From a virus, in IMG/VR virus record IMGVR_UViG_3300033571_019687, positions 1 to 64,000 of that record: a stretch of 64,000 nucleotides of DNA. One strand, 5' to 3'. Shown here in pieces: positions 28,511 through 38,837 of the stretch. The notes beneath the pieces were generated by a model. It had not been told where the DNA came from, made no database searches, and saw only the letters and a list, made by a program, of their open reading frames with translations. Each line of letters begins with the position of its first letter. Position 1 is the first letter of the stretch. A program made the translations under genes and the position numbers.

Positions 28511-28909
28511 TTATAAAATTACCTCTTTTATATATAGTTCGTCACTACGCAGATGTAATTTAGTTAATACGCTGTCTTTAGTTTCACCATAAGAAAAAAC
28601 CAATCTTTTTTTACCTATACCGTCTGGATCACTTATTTCATAACATAATGCAACAATCTTTTCAACTGAATCTCTCATGCTTAATGATGAATAAGATGCA
28701 ACCTCAAATTCAATTTCTTTGGTATAGACATTATAAACTGATGTTACATAATCTACACTTGGTGGCGTAACTATTGCACCTTTTGATGGTGAATAATCCC
28801 AATTATCTCCTTCTTCAACATCCTCTGTATCAGAAAATATAAATTCATAAGTATTATATCCTCTATAATCTATGCGTTGGAAATTAACAAATACTAAAAA
28901 CTCTTTCAT
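28511..28909 (-). CDS. Hypothetical protein
   Basis: 132-aa ORF, ATGA overlap with the upstream gene. Confidence 0.7.
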   Translation of the reverse strand: MKEFLVFVNFQRIDYRGYNTYEFIFSDTEDVEEGDNWDYSPSKGAIVTPPSVDYVTSVYNVYTKEIEFEVASYSSLSMRDSVEKIVALCYEISDPDGIGKKRLVFSYGETKDSVLTKLHLRSDELYIKEVIL

Positions 28910-30252
28910 TGTATCTCAAAATTTGTTTGTTCTTCCAATATATGAACTTCGCTATTACATGTAAATCTTAAATCAATATAATATTTTTGATTAGGAAATA
29001 TGCGAGTATCAAATTTTATCTCATATCTATTACCTATTCTGTCACATTCATCCCAATCAATGAATATTACTTTATTATTACCTTGTTTAACATATATCAT
29101 ATATTCTAGTTTACTACCCAATATATTTACTGTTGATGCATGGTCATACATTCTTCTTATAAACACAGGTAATATAAATATGTTACCGTGTTTAATTTTG
29201 GTACCTTTATTAATACCTGATATTACGCTAGTATATCTAAATCTGTTTATTGGACTGTCTGTCACATTATAATAATCTGTAGGAGAATTTAATACCAGTT
29301 TAAATTTCTTATTTGGTAATGAAATTCCCTGATAAATAAGATTTGACCATTCGTCAGTGTATTCTTGATGATCATTTAACCCTGTTGTATCAACGTTAAT
29401 ATAATATGATCCCTTTGCGGCTTGATTAACTGTGATTGGATCTCCATCAAATGTTGCTTCCGGTATTTCATCTAAATTTGTTAGTTCGCCATTAATCACT
29501 GAATACATGAATAATTTTAACTGTCTATATGGTGTACCATTAAATCTATCATCTTTAACTAATGTAGGCACATAACTTTCTATATGTGGTTGAAAAAATG
29601 TATTGGTATATTTGGTATATAAACCAATTGCGTATTCATCTGTTGTATCTTTACTTTCTAGTTCATCAATAAACTTCAAACAAAACCCTTGATATCCTTC
29701 AAAATTTGATTGTAATAATTCATTAACAAACGATGTTATATCTATTTCAATATCATCTTGAGCATTATTAAACGTAACTGTTGTAATTAAGTTTGTACTA
29801 CCACTAATAATACCCGGACTATTCCAATTAGTTAAAGTAGTATTTTGTGTCCAGTTAGATGGTTCTTCTGAGTATAAGTTATCTTTTGCTTCATTTTTAT
29901 TAAAAACGTAACCATAACCTTCGGCCCACTCTTCATCTATTTTATGTAATTCAACAGTAAAGTTAGATGGGGACAAAATGTCCCCAAGTACAATATTATT
30001 ATTATAATCTAGTGTGTTTCTAATATCAAAATTAGCTGTATTCTTGATCTTTAAGATATGTTTAGAATCACTATCTACCGGAACATTATTGTCACTATAA
30101 ATTGAAATTAAATCACTAAAATCACAATAGAATATGAATCTACTGACTTTACTACCATAAGATAACACAGCTATCGGATTTCTAGCAGTATTAACTGGAT
30201 CATCTTTAATGATTGTATTATTCTTATCGAAATATGTTTTCCAAATTGCCAT
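28906..30252 (-). CDS. Probable virion structural protein (beta-rich)
   Basis: CTATTTA upstream; beta-rich composition. Confidence 0.5.
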   Translation of the reverse strand: MAIWKTYFDKNNTIIKDDPVNTARNPIAVLSYGSKVSRFIFYCDFSDLISIYSDNNVPVDSDSKHILKIKNTANFDIRNTLDYNNNIVLGDILSPSNFTVELHKIDEEWAEGYGYVFNKNEAKDNLYSEEPSNWTQNTTLTNWNSPGIISGSTNLITTVTFNNAQDDIEIDITSFVNELLQSNFEGYQGFCLKFIDELESKDTTDEYAIGLYTKYTNTFFQPHIESYVPTLVKDDRFNGTPYRQLKLFMYSVINGELTNLDEIPEATFDGDPITVNQAAKGSYYINVDTTGLNDHQEYTDEWSNLIYQGISLPNKKFKLVLNSPTDYYNVTDSPINRFRYTSVISGINKGTKIKHGNIFILPVFIRRMYDHASTVNILGSKLEYMIYVKQGNNKVIFIDWDECDRIGNRYEIKFDTRIFPNQKYYIDLRFTCNSEVHILEEQTNFEIQ

Positions 30253-30265
30253 AACTTTTTAAAAT

Positions 30266-30272
30266 TAAATAG
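30266..30272 (-). promoter_or_regulatory. CTATTTA putative late promoter
   Basis: 13 nt upstream of ATG 30252. Confidence 0.55.
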
Positions 30273-30273
30273 T

Positions 30274-31827
30274 TTATGTTATCTTAGCGTTCTTATTAAG
30301 TATAGTTGTTGTTATATTACCTTTAACCTCTGATTTAAGTTTATCAAGTATAGCTGTGAGTTCTAATTTACTAGTATCTATAATTGATACCCTAGGATCA
30401 ACACCTGCTATATGTCCGTGATTTAATATTGTCTCAATTAATAATATTAATACATTTAAAAGTTCTTCGCCTCTAATAAATGAACTACTTTCATTAAATT
30501 TATTGATAAACGTATCATAATCAAATGTGTTTGTATCACTACTTAATGTTGACAAGTTTGTTGAAGTCGATGTTGTATTTAATAAAAATTTATCTACATT
30601 AAATACCTTACTAGATTCTTTTACTCCAATTCTATTTTTATTCACAGTTGTAACTGAGGTGGTCTCAGTTTTACTCGGCAATCTATTATATACAGTAATT
30701 TTTTTACCGTTAATTATACCGTTGGCTAAAGCGTAGTTATTAGAGCCGTTAGAATAACCATTAACATCTAATAAAGTCTGGTTAATTGATGTTAGTTTTA
30801 CTTGATTGATGTTAATAATAAATGCTAAAATATTCGGATTTTTTATTAAAGAATAATCATTAATATCATATCCATTATTATATGGTTCATTTATAGTATT
30901 ATTGACCAAGTTAATTACCCCATCACTTTTTACTATATTTTTTACTAAGTCAGAATTATTTGCTTCTATGTAAGGTAATTTACCTTTTATAACAGATGAT
31001 TTACATTCTTTTAATATGGTTGACAAGAATTGCATATTATTAGAAGATGCAGTTAAAGTAAAAATTGGTTCTTGTGGTAATATGGAAAATAATTCATTTT
31101 CATATATTAATTCGCTCTCTTTTAACCCTGTTAAACCATTTTGATTAATAATATTATCAGCCTTATAGATATTATACTCTAATCTTGTTGAATATAATTC
31201 ATTAAATGTGAATTTTATTTCATATACACAAATATAATCTATTGGATTATCAATTCTTTGTGTGACAGTATTTGTTTCACTAGTTAAGTTATATGGATCA
31301 TCATTTATGAATAAGTCTTCAAATGGGTGTAGTTGTTTAACGCCATTATCATTAAATCCTATTCTAGTACTTATTCTATTATTATTGATAATAATTTGAG
31401 AATTATCTGTACCAAGTACAATATCATTTGTATTAGGTTTTAAACCCTTTCTTTTATAATTCTTAGATACCGGACCTTTATTAGATAATATATATGGTTG
31501 TTTTTTTGATAAGTAATCTTTAGTTACTGCACCGACATATTCATATACATTATCGTTTACGGCTATAACCTTAACTAATTGCCCTTTAGTTGGTATATCT
31601 GTTAATGTTGTTGTTGGTATAAAGGGTTCCATTAGATATGGGTCCCTAAGTTGATTTATATTAGGATATGACCAAGGCACATAATTTGAATTAGTATCAT
31701 TTTTACTAACTAACCTCAATATATCATTAAAATCCCTTGATAATTGAATACCATCAACAATAATAGCCCTTATCCTATCTAAATCGAAAGGATCTTGATC
31801 ATCAATACATATTGCATACTTTATCAT
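30274..31827 (-). CDS. gp5/VgrG-like baseplate spike protein
   Basis: N-terminal DDQDPFDLDRIR and PTKGQLVKV (OB-fold-like); C-terminal GEELL...NHGH resembling a spike-tip HxH motif. Confidence 0.55.
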   Translation of the reverse strand: MIKYAICIDDQDPFDLDRIRAIIVDGIQLSRDFNDILRLVSKNDTNSNYVPWSYPNINQLRDPYLMEPFIPTTTLTDIPTKGQLVKVIAVNDNVYEYVGAVTKDYLSKKQPYILSNKGPVSKNYKRKGLKPNTNDIVLGTDNSQIIINNNRISTRIGFNDNGVKQLHPFEDLFINDDPYNLTSETNTVTQRIDNPIDYICVYEIKFTFNELYSTRLEYNIYKADNIINQNGLTGLKESELIYENELFSILPQEPIFTLTASSNNMQFLSTILKECKSSVIKGKLPYIEANNSDLVKNIVKSDGVINLVNNTINEPYNNGYDINDYSLIKNPNILAFIININQVKLTSINQTLLDVNGYSNGSNNYALANGIINGKKITVYNRLPSKTETTSVTTVNKNRIGVKESSKVFNVDKFLLNTTSTSTNLSTLSSDTNTFDYDTFINKFNESSSFIRGEELLNVLILLIETILNHGHIAGVDPRVSIIDTSKLELTAILDKLKSEVKGNITTTILNKNAKIT

Positions 31828-32039
31828 TTGGCTTTTAAATAACTGGTTCTATTATTTAGTTCGGTTGTTAATTCTTCATGTACTTCTTCTGTTATTTCAA
31901 GCATTTCAACTAACGGTATAATCACAGATTTTAGTTCCTGAAAATCAATATACAATTTTTGTATATTGTCAACCAATTCTTTATTTGTCATTTTACTAGC
32001 CCTATCTTTAAGTTCTAGTACTTTTAATTTCGTTTCCAT
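31824..32039 (-). CDS. Small coiled-coil hypothetical protein
   Basis: 71-aa ORF with overlapping stop/start codons. Confidence 0.6.
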   Translation of the reverse strand: METKLKVLELKDRASKMTNKELVDNIQKLYIDFQELKSVIIPLVEMLEITEEVHEELTTELNNRTSYLKAK

Positions 32040-33937
32040 TATTGTATTTGAGCATTACCAAAAGATGGGCCAGCAGCACCGTTAACAAAAACTTGAACAT
32101 TGCTATCAAGTTTAATAGAATCAACGACAGAATTAACTGTTTCTTCAATTGCTATTATCATATTGTTTGGACTACCGTCAGGTAAAACATAACCTGTATC
32201 TATACCCTTATTTTCTAATTTACCTTTTATATCATTAAAGATTTTAATTTTACTAAGACCGGGTTTAAAGGCATTCATAGTAATTAAAAATGGTGGTATT
32301 GGTTTAGCCGGTACAACCCCACTTAATTTAAGTAAGGCTAAAAGTTTATTTAATATTGAATCACAATCGTCACCGTCAAATAACCCTCTTAATCTATTAA
32401 ATATGTCAATAAGAGATGTAATCACAGCTATATAATCACCTATCTGCTCACTTAGAATATCAAGTACTATTTTTTCTGTTATTCTAAGGAGATCTTCACG
32501 TATTATCTTAAATAAAGCCCTTAGAATGGATTGTGCGACACTTACACCCATTTCTTTAATGATATTACCCATATCATCTAACAGTGCGTTAGAATTCTTT
32601 GTATCAGTGTTTCCTGATAGCACAGAATATAGTTTGTTTATTATAGTTACTCTAGGTGTTATAATTGACTGTATAAAAGCGTAAGGTATAGATTTAAACA
32701 AACCTAAGTTAAATTCTAATTCAATATTTGCTCTATCAAGATTTAAATCTATTTCACCTTGAACAATTTCATTATTTATAGAGTTATTGATGATATTATT
32801 AAGACCATCAACATATTTACTTGTATTAACAGATTTGTTAGAGTAAGGGTTAGTAACATTTTTATTTGGTGATACAGATGTATTTGTTTGAAAATCTGTT
32901 ATATCATCATCTGACTCATTAAATATACTGTCCAATAAATCAAGTAGCTCCTGATTATTATAGCCAAGTTCTAAATTATTACAAGTAACAAATCTAAGCC
33001 TAGAATTTAATTTATTTTGTACGTCATCTTCTATCCCATTTAACTGATCTACTGTCAAAGAATTGGGGTTCGCATTAGTATTACGTCTAAAAGGGTTAAA
33101 AGGGTCTAATGTTACACCGGATAATTCTGGCACATTTTTCTGTAAAAAATCTCTAGCACTTGAAAGTTGGCCATCATTATCATCATTTAAATTATCACAA
33201 AATCCAAAAATATTTTTAAGAACATTAAGTAATACACTATTTTGTCTTATCTGTATATCAGATTTACTAGATAAAGATAAAACACCTGTTATAATATCAG
33301 TTAAAACGGCTATAAAATTAACTTGATTGTATAAAGGGTTTAAACTCTTAATGTAATCTTTAAGCCATTCAGCAAATGGTTTATTATTGTAATATGAACC
33401 GAATTTGAAATTTATAGTATCTCTATCTTTATGATATACACTAAATAAAGTCTTAGAATTGTATGAATAAGTTAGAGGTGAATTTACCGTAGCAGTTTTT
33501 GATTGGTATAATAAATAATTCACATGCTTACGTATATCAAACCCTTCATAAAAGTATTTAGAAGGTGTTTCATTAGGGTTAACTTTAAATAAACCATAAA
33601 TATCTATTTCATTGACTTTAATATCAATCCCTATTGAAGATAGAGTGGTATATCTTTGATCAATTAAAATATTATTATCACATGAATATTTACTCAATAT
33701 GATATTTTCAACCAATTTAGATAAATCAGTCGCTTTATTTAATTCTGTCATTACAGAATCTACTAATATTCTCTTAAATTCACTGGCACCTCTACTAGAT
33801 TTAATCAACTCAAATAAAAAATCCTCAATACTTAAAACATTATTTATTGAGGATTGATTATTAAAAGGATTTTTAGATAGATTCTGATTTTGGAATAAAG
33901 ATCTGTATTTAGATATTATTTCATTTTGAGAACTCAT
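32039..33937 (-). CDS. Hypothetical, probable structural protein
   Basis: 632-aa ORF in the CTATTTA-driven operon. Confidence 0.55.
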   Translation of the reverse strand: MSSQNEIISKYRSLFQNQNLSKNPFNNQSSINNVLSIEDFLFELIKSSRGASEFKRILVDSVMTELNKATDLSKLVENIILSKYSCDNNILIDQRYTTLSSIGIDIKVNEIDIYGLFKVNPNETPSKYFYEGFDIRKHVNYLLYQSKTATVNSPLTYSYNSKTLFSVYHKDRDTINFKFGSYYNNKPFAEWLKDYIKSLNPLYNQVNFIAVLTDIITGVLSLSSKSDIQIRQNSVLLNVLKNIFGFCDNLNDDNDGQLSSARDFLQKNVPELSGVTLDPFNPFRRNTNANPNSLTVDQLNGIEDDVQNKLNSRLRFVTCNNLELGYNNQELLDLLDSIFNESDDDITDFQTNTSVSPNKNVTNPYSNKSVNTSKYVDGLNNIINNSINNEIVQGEIDLNLDRANIELEFNLGLFKSIPYAFIQSIITPRVTIINKLYSVLSGNTDTKNSNALLDDMGNIIKEMGVSVAQSILRALFKIIREDLLRITEKIVLDILSEQIGDYIAVITSLIDIFNRLRGLFDGDDCDSILNKLLALLKLSGVVPAKPIPPFLITMNAFKPGLSKIKIFNDIKGKLENKGIDTGYVLPDGSPNNMIIAIEETVNSVVDSIKLDSNVQVFVNGAAGPSFGNAQIQ

Positions 33938-34290
33938 TTACCATCAATTATATTACTCAAGTTATCATAATCAATTGTAGGTATATCTTCACTTGAAATG
34001 TCTATAACACCCTTTGTCATAGCTCTTTGGTGATCAGATAATACCTTACTTAATTTAAGTCTATTAGTGATATTATTATCATTAAGTTTAAGTAAATCTG
34101 TAACAACTTTACTAAGAACAGCAATCATTGATGCATCATCAGTTGAATTAACTATACCTTTAATTTTATTATAGTTGTCTTCAATTTTTAAAGTTTGTGT
34201 ATCTATTTCACTTGCCGCTTGTTGAATAACACCTAATAGATTTTCTTCATCAATCTTAGTGATTTTCTTTTTTCTAACTAATGCTCCCAT
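33934..34290 (-). CDS. Helical hypothetical protein (weak TerS candidate)
   Basis: 118 aa, mainly helical pattern; CTATTTA upstream. Confidence 0.4.
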   Translation of the reverse strand: MGALVRKKKITKIDEENLLGVIQQAASEIDTQTLKIEDNYNKIKGIVNSTDDASMIAVLSKVVTDLLKLNDNNITNRLKLSKVLSDHQRAMTKGVIDISSEDIPTIDYDNLSNIIDGK

Positions 34291-34306
34291 AATAGTCTTT
34301 TTATAG

Positions 34307-34313
34307 TAAATAG
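34307..34313 (-). promoter_or_regulatory. CTATTTA putative late promoter
   Basis: 16 nt upstream of ATG 34290. Confidence 0.6.
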
Positions 34314-34314
34314 C

Positions 34315-35160
34315 TTAACTCAAAAAGTCATTATCTATATATGGATTTTCTTCAATATCATCATCTTCACTTTCCAATTGTGCATCCATTAATTCCATTT
34401 TTGTTAATTCATAGAACATTTTAAATCTCTTTAATGCTTTCCTTAACGACTTTGTATCAAGCATTGTTAAATCTCTTAATATTCTCAATGCATTGTTTTT
34501 ATTGAAGTTATTAGAATTTTTTACCGTTTCATCAAAGTCAAATAATATCTCCCAATTTTGGAATATATGTATAATTGCTGTACCCACTTTAAATTCATGT
34601 TCGGTCAAATCAGGTTTAGCAACCTCCAACTTCATAGCTTCTGTAATATCGCTAAAAAGTTTTTCCTTATCTATTTCCTTATCATCTAATTCATAAGTCA
34701 ACTCAGGTTTTGTCATTAAATCCGGTAAAAAAACATCAAAATCTAAAACTTTCTTTGTTCTTTCATCAGCTTTCTTTTTATCATTCATTGCTTGATTTCT
34801 AGCAATGGTACCAAAATAAGAATAGGATTTATGACCGAGCGAGTTATTAAATTTAGGAAACTTACAAATCAATTCACCAAGTACATCGGCATGTTGTTCA
34901 CTAAAATCAATATCTGTTCGTCTATTACGATATGTATTGATTATAGCCTCTACTAATGTTCTGAACGGTCTATCAAGATGTTCATTCCATATTTTACTTC
35001 TTTTAACGTGATCTTCTGTATTAAGATACTCTATTACTGCTAATTCAGTATCTTCATCATAATAATTACCACCTTTTTTTACTTTACCTTTAGGCATAAT
35101 TTTCTGGAATATCAATATCTCTGTCTTTGGTATATTTACATTCAGTTCTAGCAACTTCAA
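34315..35160 (-). CDS. Sigma-factor-like protein (gp55-like candidate); start probably MPKGK near 35097
   Basis: KFPKFNNSLGHKSYSYFGTIARN resembles sigma region 2; acidic tail. Confidence 0.5.
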   Translation of the reverse strand: MKLLELNVNIPKTEILIFQKIMPKGKVKKGGNYYDEDTELAVIEYLNTEDHVKRSKIWNEHLDRPFRTLVEAIINTYRNRRTDIDFSEQHADVLGELICKFPKFNNSLGHKSYSYFGTIARNQAMNDKKKADERTKKVLDFDVFLPDLMTKPELTYELDDKEIDKEKLFSDITEAMKLEVAKPDLTEHEFKVGTAIIHIFQNWEILFDFDETVKNSNNFNKNNALRILRDLTMLDTKSLRKALKRFKMFYELTKMELMDAQLESEDDDIEENPYIDNDFLS

Positions 35161-35902
35161 ACCAGAATTCTGACTCCTGAGCAGATTTTATTTTAATACT
35201 GTCGTCATTAGCGTATTGCCAAATCAACGATCCATCTCTATTGATTGTATGTCTGTAACCAATTCTAGGTACAATAAACATTTTATATCCTTTATTTAAC
35301 ATTCTAAGAATAAATTCATAGTTAAAAGTGAATTTAATATTTCTCTTAAGACCACCTAAACTTCTAAACATTTCAGTATTAATAATAGCACCTGTAAATG
35401 TAAAATCTGGCCAACCTTTAACAAGTTCAAAATCAGGATAACCTACTTCATCAACTTGACCTTTGGCCCAACCAATTTGATTTACAAGCTGCTTAATAGT
35501 TTTAGTTTTATGATCAAACAATGCGGTTAGTGGTACAAACATATCACCAACATTTTCGCTAGAATATGACTCAAATGTCTCAAACCATTTATCTGCGAAC
35601 TCATCATCAAATTCAAGTACAGTAAAATATTTCGTTTTGACCGATTTTACTGTAACATTAATATGATCTTGGAATAATTTTTTAGTAGTAAATTGAACTT
35701 CACCACTTAAACCATCCGGAAATTTATAATCTGTAAAATACTTCTTATTTTCGTTTGTATTTGTTACCGATATGATAACTTTTGGTTTTAAAGTGTTTTT
35801 AACTAAACTATTCACGGCAGCAGCAAATAGTTGATCAAATTCACCTTCAACACTATGAACAGGAATAATAACTGTTAAATCCATAATATTAGTTTGTTTC
35901 AA
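35090..35902 (-). CDS. GT2 (GT-A fold) glycosyltransferase; start probably ATG 35884
   Basis: LTVIIPVH, YFTVLEFDD, YEFILRM, GYRH. Confidence 0.75.
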   Translation of the reverse strand: MKQTNIMDLTVIIPVHSVEGEFDQLFAAAVNSLVKNTLKPKVIISVTNTNENKKYFTDYKFPDGLSGEVQFTTKKLFQDHINVTVKSVKTKYFTVLEFDDEFADKWFETFESYSSENVGDMFVPLTALFDHKTKTIKQLVNQIGWAKGQVDEVGYPDFELVKGWPDFTFTGAIINTEMFRSLGGLKRNIKFTFNYEFILRMLNKGYKMFIVPRIGYRHTINRDGSLIWQYANDDSIKIKSAQESEFWFEVARTECKYTKDRDIDIPENYA

Positions 35903-36962
35903 AATTGGCTTTTATTTTTTCTAGCATATCAATCTTATCACTAACAATAAGGTCATATACTTTTTTAACGTTTTCATTAAACTTATCTTCTGTATAAAGA
36001 CCTGCAACCAAATCTTTAACATTCGAATAATCTTTTAGTTTATCATCACAATTTAACCATGCAGTAATATATGCTGATAAAATACTTAACATTTGAATAT
36101 GGTCTTTAACCCAAATACCATTTTGATCAGAGTACCATTCTGCTGAAATATCGGCAGGTCTTGCAATGATAGGTACATTACATTTATTAGCCTCGATAGG
36201 AAATGTACCAAAAGATGAGATAGGGTCATCCCACAAAGCTACCATACAAGTATCAAGCATGTCAGCCATAGTCTCTTCACTTAACCCGTGAAAATCAATA
36301 AAAGTAAAGAATGCTAAATGTGGATATTTATCATAGAACATTTTAATAAATCTCCTAGTTTTTCTTTTACTTCTAAAATGAATACCAATATTAGGTAATT
36401 TTGCTTTTCGTTTTTCAGTAAACATACTTGGAATCATAGGATTAATAACTTTTACATCTTTAATACCATGCCATGTTTTAATTAATTCAGCTAAAGTATC
36501 AGTTGTTGTAATAGCTTTATCTATACCTAGATATGACCATTTATCTGTAAAATCCAGACCTTCACTAACATATTCAAATGAGTTAATGAATAAAATTTTG
36601 GTACAGTTAATACCTTTCTCATTAAGAGTTTTAATAATTGATGCATATAACTCAGGTACGATAATAATATCACTACTTTTAATCTCAAAAGATTTACCGT
36701 CCATAGTATAATGCGGAAGTTCTTCCACAAATTTTTTATCCATCCATAGATCAACTTTATCCATTTGATCTAACTCTAGCAACATAACCACGTTAAAACC
36801 ATGATTCTTTAATGATAATGCATTTCTATAAAGATTAGATACTGTTGCCATAGGAGCACCTTTAGTATCTGGAATTACAAAGACAAATTTATAATCACCA
36901 TCTTTGTAATTTTGTATCATTGTATTGATACCATTTAACGTTTCTAATTTTTTGTCTTCCAT
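35889..36962 (-). CDS. GT-B fold glycosyltransferase-like protein
   Basis: DIIIVPE, SSFGTFPIEANKCNVPII resembles the GT4 E-x7-E region. Confidence 0.6.
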   Translation of the reverse strand: MEDKKLETLNGINTMIQNYKDGDYKFVFVIPDTKGAPMATVSNLYRNALSLKNHGFNVVMLLELDQMDKVDLWMDKKFVEELPHYTMDGKSFEIKSSDIIIVPELYASIIKTLNEKGINCTKILFINSFEYVSEGLDFTDKWSYLGIDKAITTTDTLAELIKTWHGIKDVKVINPMIPSMFTEKRKAKLPNIGIHFRSKRKTRRFIKMFYDKYPHLAFFTFIDFHGLSEETMADMLDTCMVALWDDPISSFGTFPIEANKCNVPIIARPADISAEWYSDQNGIWVKDHIQMLSILSAYITAWLNCDDKLKDYSNVKDLVAGLYTEDKFNENVKKVYDLIVSDKIDMLEKIKANFETN

Positions 36963-36972
36963 TTTAGATTAG

Positions 36973-37620
36973 TTAATTATTTAACGATTCAATAAATTCA
37001 ATTATTTCATCGTGATTATTTACCACCTTATCCAGAATAATATCTGAATTATGGTTAGTTTTATATTGTACAACATTTTTTAATTTGAAGTACTTTTGAT
37101 TATCTGTAATCAAATAATCATATTTAATATTTGATCTACTTAATTCCTTTGGTTTATTGCTATCAAGAAAATATACCCCATCAATAATACCATTAACACT
37201 TAAAAATCCTAATGTTGCCACTCTTGACCTTTTACTTTCAGGAGAAACAAACACAATTTTTAATTTAGGGTTATTAGCTTTTAGTTTGTATAGTTTATCG
37301 ATGAAATGGTCAACAACTTGACTTGATCTACAGAATACTTCATAAGTTAACTGACCATTATGTAATGCTGCAATAATATCATTGATAACAATTTTGTCAG
37401 CATAAATCTTATTACCAACCTCATCGGTTGTCCCGGTATCAAATTTAACCCACTCTATAGCTTCTTTTTTACGCTTGATTAAAGGGAATGTATTATAAAG
37501 ATTATTGAAGTCAATCTTATCATAATCAAGCTCACCTTCGTAATTAAATTTACTTAAAGTTTCTATTAATTTTTGTTTAGTATCTCTAATAATGTTATTA
37601 ATAAAAATTGCTACTACCAT
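36973..37620 (-). CDS. Degenerate HAD 5'-nucleotidase-like protein
   Basis: VAIFINNIIRD at the DxD position; DYLITDN. Confidence 0.45.
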   Translation of the reverse strand: MVVAIFINNIIRDTKQKLIETLSKFNYEGELDYDKIDFNNLYNTFPLIKRKKEAIEWVKFDTGTTDEVGNKIYADKIVINDIIAALHNGQLTYEVFCRSSQVVDHFIDKLYKLKANNPKLKIVFVSPESKRSRVATLGFLSVNGIIDGVYFLDSNKPKELSRSNIKYDYLITDNQKYFKLKNVVQYKTNHNSDIILDKVVNNHDEIIEFIESLNN

Positions 37621-37637
37621 AATTTGAATGTTTAATC

Positions 37638-37669
37638 CAAATATAGTAGTAGCAATACGTAAATGTAAA
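37638..37669 (-). promoter_or_regulatory. Near-consensus Bacteroidota promoter TTTA-N20-TATATTTG
   Basis: 17 nt upstream of ATG 37620. Confidence 0.55.
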
Positions 37670-37677
37670 TAAGAAAA

Positions 37678-38442
37678 TTATCGTTTATTACTTTTTTCTC
37701 TAAAAACCTCTTCTATTTCTTTAATTATAGGATGTCTAACAACATCATCTTCACCTAATTCAACAACACCAATACCATCAATATGTCTTAGATTTTCTTT
37801 TATGAATTTAAGTGACGAATCGTTTTTCTTCTTCAAATCTATTTGTTCTTCATCACCAAGTAATATCATTTTTGAATTTTCACCAATTCTAGTTAGTACT
37901 GTTCTAATATTTTCAACACTAATATTCTGTGCTTCATCAATAATAATAATCTCGTTATCCCTTGTAGCACCTCTAATATAAGCCAGTGGCATTACTTCTA
38001 TAAGAAATTTATCAAACAACATCTTTGTTTTGTCCCTACCAATAATTTTGTTGATATTTTGCACAAAACTTTGAATTGTTGGTTCTAACTTTTCACTCAT
38101 AGTACCTTTAAGGAACCCTATCTCTTCATTTTGGATTGTTTGTACAGATTTGGCAATTACTATTTTGTCATAACCATCTTTCTTTAAAAGATCTAACGCC
38201 ACTGCACAAGATAGATATGTTTTACCTGATCCCGGGTATCCTGAACAAATTGTTATGATGTTTTCTTTTATACTTTTAACTAGTTTTTTTTGATTTTCAG
38301 TCTTACATTTATAGTTAACATCGACGAAACCTAGTAATTTTTGGTTGCTTATAAGTGCTCTGACTTCATCTCTATCGTCGGCAAATTCTCTTAGCTCTTC
38401 TTTATCATGAGCAGAGAGATTTTTAAGTTTTGTTCTTGGCAT
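37678..38442 (-). CDS. phoH: PhoH-family ATPase
   Basis: GYPGSGKT, IGFLKG, AYIRG, IIDEAQN, RIGENSK, GDEEQID, VVRHP. Confidence 0.93.
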   Translation of the reverse strand: MPRTKLKNLSAHDKEELREFADDRDEVRALISNQKLLGFVDVNYKCKTENQKKLVKSIKENIITICSGYPGSGKTYLSCAVALDLLKKDGYDKIVIAKSVQTIQNEEIGFLKGTMSEKLEPTIQSFVQNINKIIGRDKTKMLFDKFLIEVMPLAYIRGATRDNEIIIIDEAQNISVENIRTVLTRIGENSKMILLGDEEQIDLKKKNDSSLKFIKENLRHIDGIGVVELGEDDVVRHPIIKEIEEVFREKSNKR

Positions 38443-38503
38443 AAAACCTCTGATTAATTATCATTATTTTGATGAACATGTTCTAACAATAAGTAGTAAA
38501 AAT

Positions 38504-38532
38504 AATGCCAGTAATCAAAAATTACTGGCATT
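38504..38532 (-). terminator. Hairpin, probable terminator
   Basis: aatgccagtaat/attactggcatt. Confidence 0.65.
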
Positions 38533-38555
38533 TAACATGTATTAAAATAACTTAA

Positions 38556-38837
38556 TTACTTTTTCTTAAAAATCGGGATAACACTTTTGTATTCTTCTTC
38601 ATCCGTAAATCCCACAAAATCAAACAGTGATCTTAAATTATTAAGCTCTTTATCTGAAAAGTAAAATAAGTCATGTGACCCTAAATTATTTTCACATAAA
38701 GCAAATAATATCTTATCACCTACCTCAAAATCACCCCCAAAATAGGTTTTGGTTGTGATACACTTGTCAAGTATATCTTGAGTAAGTGGTTTTGCGGACT
38801 CTTTGGCTAAATCAAAATATTCATCTAATGTATTCAT
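38556..38837 (-). CDS. Hypothetical protein
   Basis: 93-aa ORF coupled to dUTPase. Confidence 0.6.
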   Translation of the reverse strand: MNTLDEYFDLAKESAKPLTQDILDKCITTKTYFGGDFEVGDKILFALCENNLGSHDLFYFSDKELNNLRSLFDFVGFTDEEEYKSVIPIFKKK

